A model generated the notes under the pieces. The model made no database searches, was not told the DNA's origin, and saw nothing but the letters and a program-made list of their open reading frames with translations. Source: Adineta vaga (Eukaryota > Animalia > Rotifera). From it: a DNA stretch of 64,000 bases. Position 1 is the first letter of the stretch, and every line of letters begins with the position of its first letter. The translations under genes and the position numbers were made by a program. Shown in pieces: positions 39,651 to 50,839 of the stretch. The stretch covers positions 16,678,001 through 16,742,000 of the forward strand of contig CP075492.1 in the NCBI GenBank assembly GCA_021613535.1, read 5' to 3'.

Positions 39651-40132
39651 TATAAGCCATGATTTCAAATTTTATATAAACGATGAACGAATTTTTGTAG
39701 CTAGTTTCGTTTTGTTACATGAAATAAATTGTATTGGACATTTTTCGATATAAAAATCATTATTTCATCAAAATAGATGTTGAAATGAATTGTATAAAGA
39801 ATGTTTTTGAAGGTGATGATTTTTTGTAGCGAACAGCCTAAATGTATTCTGAAAAATTGGGTGTTTGTGCTGCTTACATAGATAAATAACATTTTAACAA
39901 TTGCGATCATCAATCTAATAATAATAATAATAAAAGTTTTAGATATGATATTCTAAATTTTATCATCTAAGAATAGAGATGCATTCTGATAAGACCTATG
40001 CTGACACATTGTCATTTTTTTCTGATAGTAGAAGATGCATGTCATAGTTACGTTTTATATTAAAAAGCAAAGTAAGTGTTAGCTCGAGAATGAGTAGAGA
40101 TTGAAGGGGCAGTTAAAAAAAAGTCATTTCAG

Positions 40133-41430
40133 ATGAAGAAATTGATTAAAGTGTTCAGTCAAATTCTATTGCTACTCGTTTTCATTCCGTCAATAAAATT
40201 TACACATGCAATAGTTAATTACAAGTTAACATCAGTTATGATGGATTCTACAGGTAATTTATCATTGTGGGTTGGCAAACGTCAGGCAAGTATCGACATT
40301 TACACTGATTGGTGTGATAATTCATTGGATTCATTTTTTGATCTTGAGATGAATAGTGTATGGAATCGTAGTATGATCCCATTCATAACATGGGAAATAA
40401 CTCTTTGTAATCATACTAATGCAGACGATCCAGGAATAACGATAAGAATTAATAACAATAGTTATGATCCATACATTAATAAATTTGGTGATCGTATGAA
40501 AAATTGGTTGGCTGGTCCGGATGGTATTTATGGAACTAACGACGATAGACGAGCATTTGTACGACTAGGTATGAAATCACATAGTCTACACTTAGTCTTT
40601 ATTTGTCATAGGAAAGTAGTATTTGACATTAGTACTATATAGACATCCATCAAACCCGAAATATTCCTTTCGTATATAGAAAAAGATGTAGCTAGCAGTC
40701 TTTGAGCAGAAAACATATTTCAAACTTCTTCCGATTTGATATTTTAGGTCATGAAATGAATGGAAATTGGTATTCGTGGTCAAAAGGTTCCATTCCAAAC
40801 AATTTTGTTTTGGCATGGCGTCATACTTATAATATATTATTAAATAAAGGTATAAATGCAACGCGACTTCAATGGGTTTGGAGTGTAGCGAGTAGAGACT
40901 ATGGTCAATATACTGCAGAAGATTATTGGGTTGGAGAAAATTATACAGATTGGATAGGAATTAATGTATTTAATGCAGGTTCAAGTACTAATGAGAGTAA
41001 ATGGGAATGGCCAAATGAAATCCTTAATAATATGATAGGTCGATTCAACAAATTATCATCAACAAAACCGATCTCTATGAATGCATATGCAACAGTTGGT
41101 GTACGAACAGGAAATACTACAGATGTGCAGTCAAAAAATGAATGGTTGCGTCAAATGTGTGATTATATAAATAACAATAATATTAAAATGGCCTCTTATT
41201 ATAATGTTGATCAACCCACTCAGGATAATATGGTATTTGGTGGTACACATGGTGATGTTATTTGGAATAATTATAAGGGATATTCAGCCTATAGAAACTG
41301 TTTACAGACTAATGATTGGATAGAACCAAATATGAGTAATCCAAGACTTATTACTGATAAACAATTTGCGGGCATATTCTCAAGCTCAAGTGATATATAC
41401 ATTTTAAAGAATCAAGATACTCTAAAATAG
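40133..41430 (+). CDS. Secreted glycoside hydrolase family 26 (beta-mannanase-like), bacterial type, 1 intron
   Basis: Signal peptide, IPFITWE, FVRLG|HEMNGNWYSW, WVWS, YWVGENYTDWIGI, KPI; intron 40569..40747. Confidence 0.88.
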
Positions 41431-41590
41431 TCATGATTTCGTCATTGTTTTTTGTCTTTATGAGAATGTGATTATGCAATCAAGTTTAATATTCCATTCA
41501 TTTTCAAGAAATTTGAATTATATCTTAGCACTTAAATACATGATTAAAGAAAAGATCACAATAATGAATAAGTAAAGTAAAGATTTTTTC

Positions 41591-41642
41591 TTGAGGGTGT
41601 GGGTATTGATGAGTTATCTATACTTACACCCACACCCTCCAA
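41591..41642. repeat. Telomere-like palindromic element, copy 11
   Basis: Perfect 12-bp inverted repeat GAGGGTGTGGGT (41593-41604) / ACCCACACCCTC (41628-41639). Confidence 0.92.
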
Positions 41643-41863
41643 TTTGTGAATTAATTTCTGATCAATTTCCCAATATATTTCGTATTATTTCTCATGAATT
41701 ATCTATAAATCGAATTATTGCTCATAATCATAAAAAAATCAATTCATTTTAGAAGTACACAATATTGAAACTTATAAAAATTGTTTAGATAATTCAATGA
41801 TGGAAATTAAACCATATAGTATTGTTATTGATCCTGAAACGATGGATATTCATGCGGAAAATC

Positions 41864-41923
41864 GAGGGTATGGGTGTGGGTATCTCTTCTTCTTTCATAC
41901 CCACACCTGCACCCACAACCCTA
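41864..41923. repeat. Telomere-like palindromic element, copy 12
   Basis: GAGGGTATGGGTGTGGGTAT ... ATACCCACACCTGCACCCACAACCCT; inner perfect 11-bp inverted repeat. Confidence 0.88.
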
Positions 41924-42694
41924 AGAACCAGCCTGTATTCTACAGTCACACACAAACGACGTGCATCAGAACTTGCTGCTTCCTTTATCAAATGTGTTCT
42001 TGTATTATAGGCGTTATAAATGCATTACACGAGGTATTTTATCTTTATAAATATTTTTTCTTCACGATAGTGTGTCTTCGTAGTTTTTATATACGAAAAA
42101 AGTGCTCGTAAAATATTATATAAAGGATCATAATTCTCTCGTATGTGAATATTTTACTTGTTTTTATCTACTATACTTTTTCTTCTATATGTAATGCTTT
42201 ATATATCTAAGTATATATTTCAGCATGCTCTCTCATGTGATTAAATCAGCACTAGTCGTTTCAAATTCCACGATTGTGTAAAAGCAAATTTATCAAAATG
42301 AGTGAGTCAAACTACGCTTTCCGTTTAGTGAAATTCGGTGGTTATTGGTGATACGAAAAATAATAAAAGGTTTTTTTTTTGGATGACTGTTAGTATATAT
42401 GTATTAGCATTGATAAAAACAATCTTTAGTTTTAAATGAATGACATTTGTTTACAGAGGCTAGTCGTGGGATTGAGAACATGATGTTAGGAAACAGATTC
42501 GATTCGATATAATTTCTAGCACTGAATAATCATCAAAACTCGAAAAAGGACCTAGCGCAAAGTAATAGTTTTTCTTCAGACAAACCGTGTCATTTTCTCT
42601 GTAAATAAAATAAAAAGCAATATTTCTGAAGAATGTCAGGAAGCAGATATTCAAAGAGTGTTATAGTATATTTATAGATAACTGCTAGCAATAA

Positions 42695-44869
42695 ATGTCA
42701 AAAAGTACAATAACAACTATTTGGCTTAACAAATCGGGTCAATATGACAGTAATGTTCATATGTGTCTCTGTAAACTCGATCCATATCTAGTTACATTTT
42801 GTAATACAGACAAATGCATTGATTTTATCACAAATATGGAAGAAGATGTTGAAGGCAAAGTTCTTCTGATAATTTCAATTGAAATGTTTCCTATTCCTGT
42901 TTATACAATGCTACAACTTTGCGAAGAACTTGCACAGATTGATTCAATTTACATTTTGGATTCAACAGAAATGGAGTTTACTGGAATCTTAGCAACTTTC
43001 ACTAAAGTGCGTGGTGTATACAAGAATTCGAAGGCTTTATATGACTTTGTAAACCCAGTATTTAATATAAGACGACAACGTAGAGGTGAATATGTATATG
43101 ATGATTTTATTATATCGATATTGCCTAGTTCGGCTATTCAATCAACAGCCATTACGACGAATAATACAGACTATCAACGTTTCTCATCGGCATCGATAGA
43201 TAGACAAGAAGCTGAATTTATGTATTTACTATTTCTTCGAGAAATTCTGATTCGAATCAAATCGACACGTGAAGAAATGATTAAGTTTTGTCAAGAAAAA
43301 TATACTCATAATGAAAGCTATCTAAAAATGATCGAAGAATTTAAATTATATTATGCTCCGGAAAACGCGATCTTGTGGTATACACGTGAAACATTTCTTT
43401 TTCGTCTATTGAATGCAGCTCTACGAGAACAAGATATTGATACACTATATTCGCTACGTTACTTTATTACAGATCTATTTCTACTTCTGGAAGAGCATTT
43501 TCTTAGAGAACGATTGGAGCAAAATATAGAAATCATTTATCGTGGTCAACTAATGAATACTGTGGAATTTAATAAAAAGATTCGCGATAATACTGGTGGC
43601 TTCTTTTCCGTAAATAGTTTTTTTTCTACAACTTTAAACCGACAAGTAGCTGCTGCATATGCCGGTGATGGAACCATACTAAATGAAGAAAGTGTCTTAT
43701 TTGAAATTGAAGTAGATACGGACGACATCAAAGCTGCATATACTAATATATCGACTATAAGTGCATTCGGTGATGGTGAGAGTGAAATTTTGTTTTCAAT
43801 GGGAGCTGTGTTTCGTATAAAATCGGCTATTAAAAATGAACAAAATATTTGGATTGTTAAATTAAAATTAACTGATAATGAAGATGACAATTTAAGAGAA
43901 TTAATGATTTTTTTAAAAGAAGAAATTATTACATCAAATAGACTAATAAGTCTTGCAAGACTGCTCTCTCGTATGTCATATTATGAAAAAGCTGAAAAAT
44001 ACTACGATTTAGTACTTCAAAACCCATCAATTGATGAAGATCCCCGAATACTATCTTCGGTTTATGCAGAATTAGGATTCGTTTATTTTAACTCTAAACA
44101 ATATGAAAAAGCAATAGAATTCTATAAAAAGTCACTGAAAATAGATTTACAATTATATCCTGATACTGACATAAAGTTTGTTGTAAAGTATAGTAATTTA
44201 GTATGTATTTATCTTGTTCATGGTGCCTATCATGAGGCTGTATCAGCAATGAACAAAGCAATTGAAATTAGCCAATATGAACTCAATGCTGACGATAGTG
44301 TGATCGAAAATTTAGTTAATAATATTGCTAATCTTTATCGTAGTGCAATACATAATCATGAAAAGTTACAATTATATGAAAATCGAAAAGTCATTCAAGA
44401 CAATCTTAAATCTATTATGCGCGATAATCCGGATAGTTTGAGTTTGGGCAACGATATTGGAAATATCTTTTATATTCAACAAAATTATTCTGAAGCACAT
44501 GAAATGTACAAACGATGTCTCGATAATCAATTAAAATTTTTTCCATCGAATCATCCACGCATTGCCGAAACATATCATTACATTGCCTTAGTTTATTATG
44601 CTCAGGGTCAGTATGATCAAGCAATTGAAGTTTTTACAAAAGAACTTAACATTCAAGAAACTGCATATCAGCCAAATCATTTAGATATGGGTACAACATA
44701 CTATCATCTGGCTTGGTCGTATTATCAACAAGATCAATTTAAAGAAAGTTTACAATGTTGTCAAAAGAAATACGATATTGATCTAAAATATTTCCCAAAT
44801 GATCATTCGAAAATTGATCAAGATCTCGAATCGATTGCTCGAATAACAAAAGAACTTAATGAGACTTAA
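42695..44869 (+). CDS. R-S-E class (NAD:arginine) ADP-ribosyltransferase domain + TPR repeats
   Basis: AILWYTRET, IYRGQ, FFSTT, GESEILFSMG, followed by kinesin-light-chain-like TPRs (HPRIAETYHYIALVY); intronless, 724 aa. Confidence 0.92.
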   Translation: MSKSTITTIWLNKSGQYDSNVHMCLCKLDPYLVTFCNTDKCIDFITNMEEDVEGKVLLIISIEMFPIPVYTMLQLCEELAQIDSIYILDSTEMEFTGILATFTKVRGVYKNSKALYDFVNPVFNIRRQRRGEYVYDDFIISILPSSAIQSTAITTNNTDYQRFSSASIDRQEAEFMYLLFLREILIRIKSTREEMIKFCQEKYTHNESYLKMIEEFKLYYAPENAILWYTRETFLFRLLNAALREQDIDTLYSLRYFITDLFLLLEEHFLRERLEQNIEIIYRGQLMNTVEFNKKIRDNTGGFFSVNSFFSTTLNRQVAAAYAGDGTILNEESVLFEIEVDTDDIKAAYTNISTISAFGDGESEILFSMGAVFRIKSAIKNEQNIWIVKLKLTDNEDDNLRELMIFLKEEIITSNRLISLARLLSRMSYYEKAEKYYDLVLQNPSIDEDPRILSSVYAELGFVYFNSKQYEKAIEFYKKSLKIDLQLYPDTDIKFVVKYSNLVCIYLVHGAYHEAVSAMNKAIEISQYELNADDSVIENLVNNIANLYRSAIHNHEKLQLYENRKVIQDNLKSIMRDNPDSLSLGNDIGNIFYIQQNYSEAHEMYKRCLDNQLKFFPSNHPRIAETYHYIALVYYAQGQYDQAIEVFTKELNIQETAYQPNHLDMGTTYYHLAWSYYQQDQFKESLQCCQKKYDIDLKYFPNDHSKIDQDLESIARITKELNET

Positions 44870-45890
44870 TAAGAAGATTTGCTTTTTTTTTAAATCAATT
44901 TCGAATATTTTTTGACTTTATTTGCCATTTTATTTGAATATAATCGTTATAATGAACATGTAGTTTTATCTATTGAAAATTTTAGAATACGATGATTATT
45001 TTGATCAGCTACATAAAGATTTCCTTCAGTATCAAATGTATTTCATATTATATTTCTGTCAACGAACCTTCTCTTCTATGTTGAATAACATAGATACAGA
45101 GTGATTCATTTAATCTGCATCACTCGTTAATTACATAATCAAAACTATTTTCATCCGTTCCTGTAAGAGTATGAGAACGAACTTTACACTCATGTTACTT
45201 TCGACTTTTCTGACGAAAACTTACATTTCTCAAGAGAGTTTTAATTGTCGTTTATCTTAATGTGAGAATAATATCATGACTAAATCAAATAACTTTTTAT
45301 TTTGTGTGCCTATTAGGATTGTAAAACATTTTCCCAACGTTATGCGTATTTACACGAGATAATAACGCAACATCTGCTTTTCATTTTGTTCATTATAACT
45401 TTTGACAAGAAAAATGAATTAATATTTAATTATAATTTACAATGGATGTTCAAGAGTGAATTTCATATGGAAATGTTTATCTATGAATGAATACAATTGT
45501 TAGTTGTCTAAAGATTTTCGAGCAAAATTTTCTCATCAGTTATATACCTATGTATCATATGTAAATTTATTATCATCTACAAAAATAAATTATTTTTGTA
45601 ATTTTTAATGAAAAAGATTCAATCAAATAAAGTTTTTCTCTATTCGTTTATTTTTATTATATAATATTATGGCACAGTGAGAAAAAAGCGGAAATGTTAT
45701 AGTTGAGCTGCATGCTGTCAACTCATTTCAACGAAGATAAACTACAAAATGTATTTGCTTCTATGAAATAGTAGAGAGGGATTTAATGTATTTCTCTGTA
45801 TGGTAAATTCTAATCGATCAGTGATGGATTGTTTTATATTATTTATTTTGTAGATTTTTTCTTGTAAATTATTCATCAACGTTCATCTCA

Positions 45891-47320
45891 ATGCAAACAT
45901 CAACTATTCAAACAAGAATTTCGTATGTCTATTGAAAAGTAAAATAAATGATGAGAAAAATTTTTTTATTTAGATGTATATCCTCTGAAAAAAGAAAATT
46001 CTTGATTTATATATTTATTACTACTATTGTTGTTTTAATCGTAATAGGAGCGATAATTTTAATACATAATCCTGGAACAAACCGGGAGAATATATCAACG
46101 ATAAGTTCAGAAATATCAACAAGCACAATAGAATCAACAACAACAACAACGACGACCACAGAATCAACAATAAGAGTAACAACAACAACAGAACCATTAA
46201 CGACGACAACAACAGAACTGAGAGGTACAGTTTTGCTTAAAAACAAGTTGCTCATGTTAATAATTTCATATTACACTTCTGATCCTTATTGTACAAGAAC
46301 TGATAGATAAAATATAAATTACACGTTTATATTTTTACTTTAGAATGGTTTGCTTCAGGATATCTAGTTACCTCACATACCGCACATACATTATCTTTGT
46401 TACATGACGGAAGCGTATTGCTTATAGGTGGATCAGATACTAGTTTATCTACTATATCGGCGGTCGAACTGTATGACCCATCAACAGGCATTTGGACACA
46501 AGTTAGTGAGCCACGTTATCGACGAAGTTATCATACAGCAACTGTATTAAAAGATGGACTGGTATTAGTTACGGGTGGAACTGATTCTAGTAAAATTCTA
46601 TCTACTGCTGAATTATATAATGCATCAACAGATACTTGGATAACTACAGGAAATATGAATAATCAACGAAGCCATCACACAGCTACTTTATTAATGAATG
46701 GAAAAGTACTAGTTACTGGTGGGCGCACTGATCAGTCCATTACTGTAGCATATGCCGAATTGTATAACCCGTTAACAGGTATTTGGATAAATACAGATAA
46801 TATGCCCAATATTTATCACACAACCTCCCGACTATCCAATGGAAAAGTGTTAATGGCTGGAGGTCAAAATCAGCCGGCACTCTATGATCCACTAACAGGC
46901 ACGTGGACAGCGACAAGTAATATGAATGATCATCGTTCTGAACATACGGCATCTGTGTTACCAGATGGAAGAGTATTAGTAGCGGGAGGACAACAGGATA
47001 ATTATGCTAAATTTACTGCTGAAATATACGATCCATCAACTGAAACGTGGAAAACTATAAGTAATATGAATGACCGTCGTTGTCGTCATACAGCAACTGT
47101 ATTACCAGATGGAAAAGTGCTAGTAGCTGGTGGATATCTAGGGTCCTCCCTAAATAGTGTCGAATTGTATGATCCGTTATCAGACACTTGGTCAATACTA
47201 GACAGTTTGAATATCGCACGCTCTAAGCATACAGCAACATTATTAACCAATGGAAAAATATTAATTGCTGGTGGTGAGAGCAATTCAGCCCCATTTCCTG
47301 TTGTTACAGAACTATACTAA
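45891..47320 (+). CDS. Type II membrane protein: TM, Thr-rich stalk and Kelch beta-propeller (3 or more exons)
   Basis: TM FLIYIFITTIVVLIVIGAIILI and a poly-Thr stalk; the last exon has repeated RxxHTATxLxxGKVLVxGG...ELYDP motifs. Start position is approximate. Confidence 0.88.
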
Positions 47321-48142
47321 ATATTGTAAAAGTCAAAAAGACCTTTTTTCGGTAAACATCTTGAGAAATCTTTTCTAAAAGTAAAAGTTTATATTTATAA
47401 TTCCATGGAAAGTTATCATTTGCATCTTAGGGGCGTAGTCAGGATGGTGCATAGGGTGCTCAGACATCCTCTTGATAAATAAACACATGAAAAAGAATAC
47501 GAATGAAATACTCTATTACGTTACTGTTGCACCTTACAGTTGAAAATTAAGATGAAAGAACGTTTGTAGATGTGAAGTAATTATATAAAGTTTACCACTT
47601 TTTAGGTGAAAAAAATTCGGTACTATGAACAGTTTTAGACTAAATAATTATTTTTAGCTCATAGATACAAAAATGTCTTGATAGTATATGATTAAAACAC
47701 GAATTTTTCATAAACGATTCACATTGACTTAAAAACGCAAGTTTTGAATTGCTTCTATCTTACTGTTTCTCTTTCATAGAAGTTTGCTTCCGCTTCGTGC
47801 ATGAAAATCATGTAACTTTTTTGCCATGTTCTCTATTTATATTAGAAAAAAAACACTCACATCTGCTTTTGTAATTTTAAAATTCATTCATGTTAACGGA
47901 TGCAGCTTCATTGTTTTATCGCGTAGTCGAGATCGTAGATATGCAAAAAAATATTGTTGAACGTAGACGATTTTTATTCTGTTTTTTTTTGAAGAATAGA
48001 AAGTTATCATAATGTTAGGCAAACTCTAAGAGTGTGATTTTTAATGTTTAATAAGATTAAGGATCGAATTGAAGTACATAACGCCTATATATTCATTTTA
48101 AATTATGCTGTTTGTACTCTTCTTTCTGTATTAGAACGAAAA

Positions 48143-50578
48143 ATGGATACAAGTCATCAATTAATGTCGAATCAAAATAAAACAATGAACAACAGTCATG
48201 TATTATGTCAATTATTTTTGTTTAAAAAAAAACGGTTACAGACGAATGTTTTTGTTTTAATGTTATTTTAGAACGACGAAATATGCATAGATAAAAGTGA
48301 AGAGCACAATACGTCGATAATAGCAGTGTATATGAGGTTTTTTCTTAATAATACTATTCGTTTCGAAATAGAATGCATCTGAGTTAGTTTGAGACGAAAA
48401 CTGTGTTTTTTCGAAAACTGAACACTAACTTTGTATATCACCAAACAATAGTTTGTGTGACCTTGGAAAGCATCAAAATCGAGATAAATCATCACGCTAA
48501 GACGGGTGGTGATATTTATTTCTAGAAACCAGAAATTAATGATTTTGTAAAATAATGTTTGTATTTACTTTTCTTAAAAGTTTTTCAAAAACTTAAAGTT
48601 TTGATCAGTAATCAAAGAAACACAATTTCACTCGATTCTATAATCCGAAGTATTCCTCTTTTCAATGATAGCAGCCTGAAATATCTATCTTGTTTCTATA
48701 GAAAATTATTGAATTTACACTCGCTCAGATGCATTCTATTTTGAAATGGATAGTAAGCAAACATCAAGAATTTTATTTTTAGGAGGTCATCAATTCGAAG
48801 AAAAATATGCTACATCATATTTATTTTAATTATTGTCAGTATAACGGCCTCTGCTATGGCGATGACTATTCTAAAATATTATCGACAAACAAAAATGGCA
48901 GAATCAACAATAAGAACAACAACAACAACAACAACATTAGCAGGTATAATTGCTCTTAAAGAAAAGAAAGCTTCATCTGACAAAAAAACATGACTCTATG
49001 ATACCCTCCATATTCGAGTACATATGTTTTAATGTCAAAATTTGCATTATTTTTGTAATAGACATTAATAGTTCGGGTCGTTGTAAACAGATTAAACGTG
49101 TTTCTTTTGAAGAATAGCTTTATCTATTGATCTAGTCTTATTTTATTAAGTTTGTGTTTTTCAACATAAAATCAATTATAGAATTAATAACTGTAACGCT
49201 CTCTTCAACAACAACAACAATGACGACTGTTTCAACGATTTCATCAACATTTGTTTCAACAACATCATTAACGACAGTAATAACTACAACAGCAACTATT
49301 ACAACAACTTCGTCAACAATTATCTCGACCACAACACTAACGACTGGTAAGTGGTATACTCAATATTCGATAGTAACCTTTACAATGTTCAAATCGATAT
49401 TTAATGTCATTTGCCCTTACGACTGTAAAATTTCCTTGTAGAATTTTGAATTAAAATCAAAAGTTTAACAATCTAATCCTATTTGGACATTACTATAATA
49501 TGCTAGAAATCTTTTTGTGTATCTAATAGTTTGCAATATATTTCATAAAGAAACTTCTTACTCATATGGTAGAACGCCTATTGCAATAACAGTTGCTGAT
49601 CTTAACAAAGATAATATGTCCGATGTTTTTATCTCGTATGCTGGTGAATATAGTATTGAAATTATTCTTCATGGTGACCATGGAACGATTCTTTCTCGAA
49701 CAAAGCATAACAATAATGCTCGTGCATTGTCGATTGCAGTAGGCGACATGGATTCTGATAATAAACTTGATATTGTCACTGCAAATGTAAACCAGGATGG
49801 ATATGCCGTCGGCATTTCATTTAATACAGGCTATGTCGCTTTTTCCATTGCAAGACTACATTACTGCAACTGGGATGTCCTACGTGCAATTGCACTAACT
49901 GATTTCAATGGAGACAACAATCTGGATATTGTTGTTCTTGAAGGAAACACAAATGGTCGTATTTATTTACTTCGTAACACAGGTGGCGATTACTTGACTT
50001 GTTATACTTCTTATCAAGTTGGTTCAGAGCCATCATCAATAGCAATAGGTAATATAATTGATTTTGGTTATATTCCTCTCGCCAATGTTGTTACTAACAG
50101 TAGGCTCAAAGGCATTACCATTTTTTACCATCACTATACTGTTGCTGCATACTCTCAACGCGATGTCGACTTTTCTAGTTGGTCATCTTCATTTGCCATA
50201 GCTGACGTAAATAATGACGGTTATTCAGATATAGTTATCACATCTTACATGCGTCACGAGATCGGTATTCTTCTTAATGAACGTTATGGTTATTTTTCTT
50301 CTCTTATTACTTATGCAACTGATGGATTCCCAAAACCGGTAGTAATTGCTGATTTAAATGGCGATCATTATTATGATATAATTACTGGAAGTTCAGACAA
50401 TAATGCCATTAGTGTTTTCCTCAATATTGGTAATGGTACATTTCTTCCTCGGATAACTTATAGAATTAGTCAAGTACCAAAAGTACTCGCAGTAATCGAT
50501 ATAAATAATGATAAAAAACCTGATATCATATTCGCAAACGAACATTCGGACTATGTTGGTATTATTCTACATTGTTAG
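48143..50578 (+). CDS. Type II membrane protein: TM, Thr-rich stalk and FG-GAP propeller (about 5 exons)
   Basis: TM exon near 48783-48943 (KICYIIFILIIVSITASAMAMTIL), Thr-rich exon from 49182, FG-GAP exon from about 49530 to 50578. The 5' exons are less certain. Confidence 0.8.
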
Positions 50579-50839
50579 ATATTATTGTTAATCTTAACTC
50601 TCTATACACGTAGTTCTATATAATTTCAATTATATTTATGAAATTTTGTCAATACATCTTCATATACATAAACATTCACAAAGCAAAATTACAGATTTGT
50701 ATTCCATTAATAATGATTCCTTTAGTCGGAATGAAATCTAGATTATCATAACTAAAATCTTTAGAAAGGACAAAATCGGTCATGATGGATCTCCTCATCG
50801 ACATTCAAACCTACACCCTAGATAAAATAAATTTTTCAG

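Noticed and set aside
39490-39753. 87-aa ORF from the track
   Set aside because: It overlaps exon 2 of the better-supported spliced microprotein in another frame.
30518-41430. Bacterial contamination as the source of the OLD-like and GH26 genes
   Set aside because: Both carry spliceosomal introns, match the local AT content and are interleaved with GPCR and 4-TM animal-type genes.
2083-41923. Telomere-like palindromes read as a CRISPR array or as true telomeres
   Set aside because: They are dispersed single hairpins rather than regularly spaced direct repeats, there are no cas genes, and each arm has only 2-4 hexamers at internal positions.
41794-42111. Short ORFs with GVGVG/HTHT/PTP motifs (also 12147..12335)
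   Set aside because: They are translations of the palindromic repeat elements, with no other coding signal.
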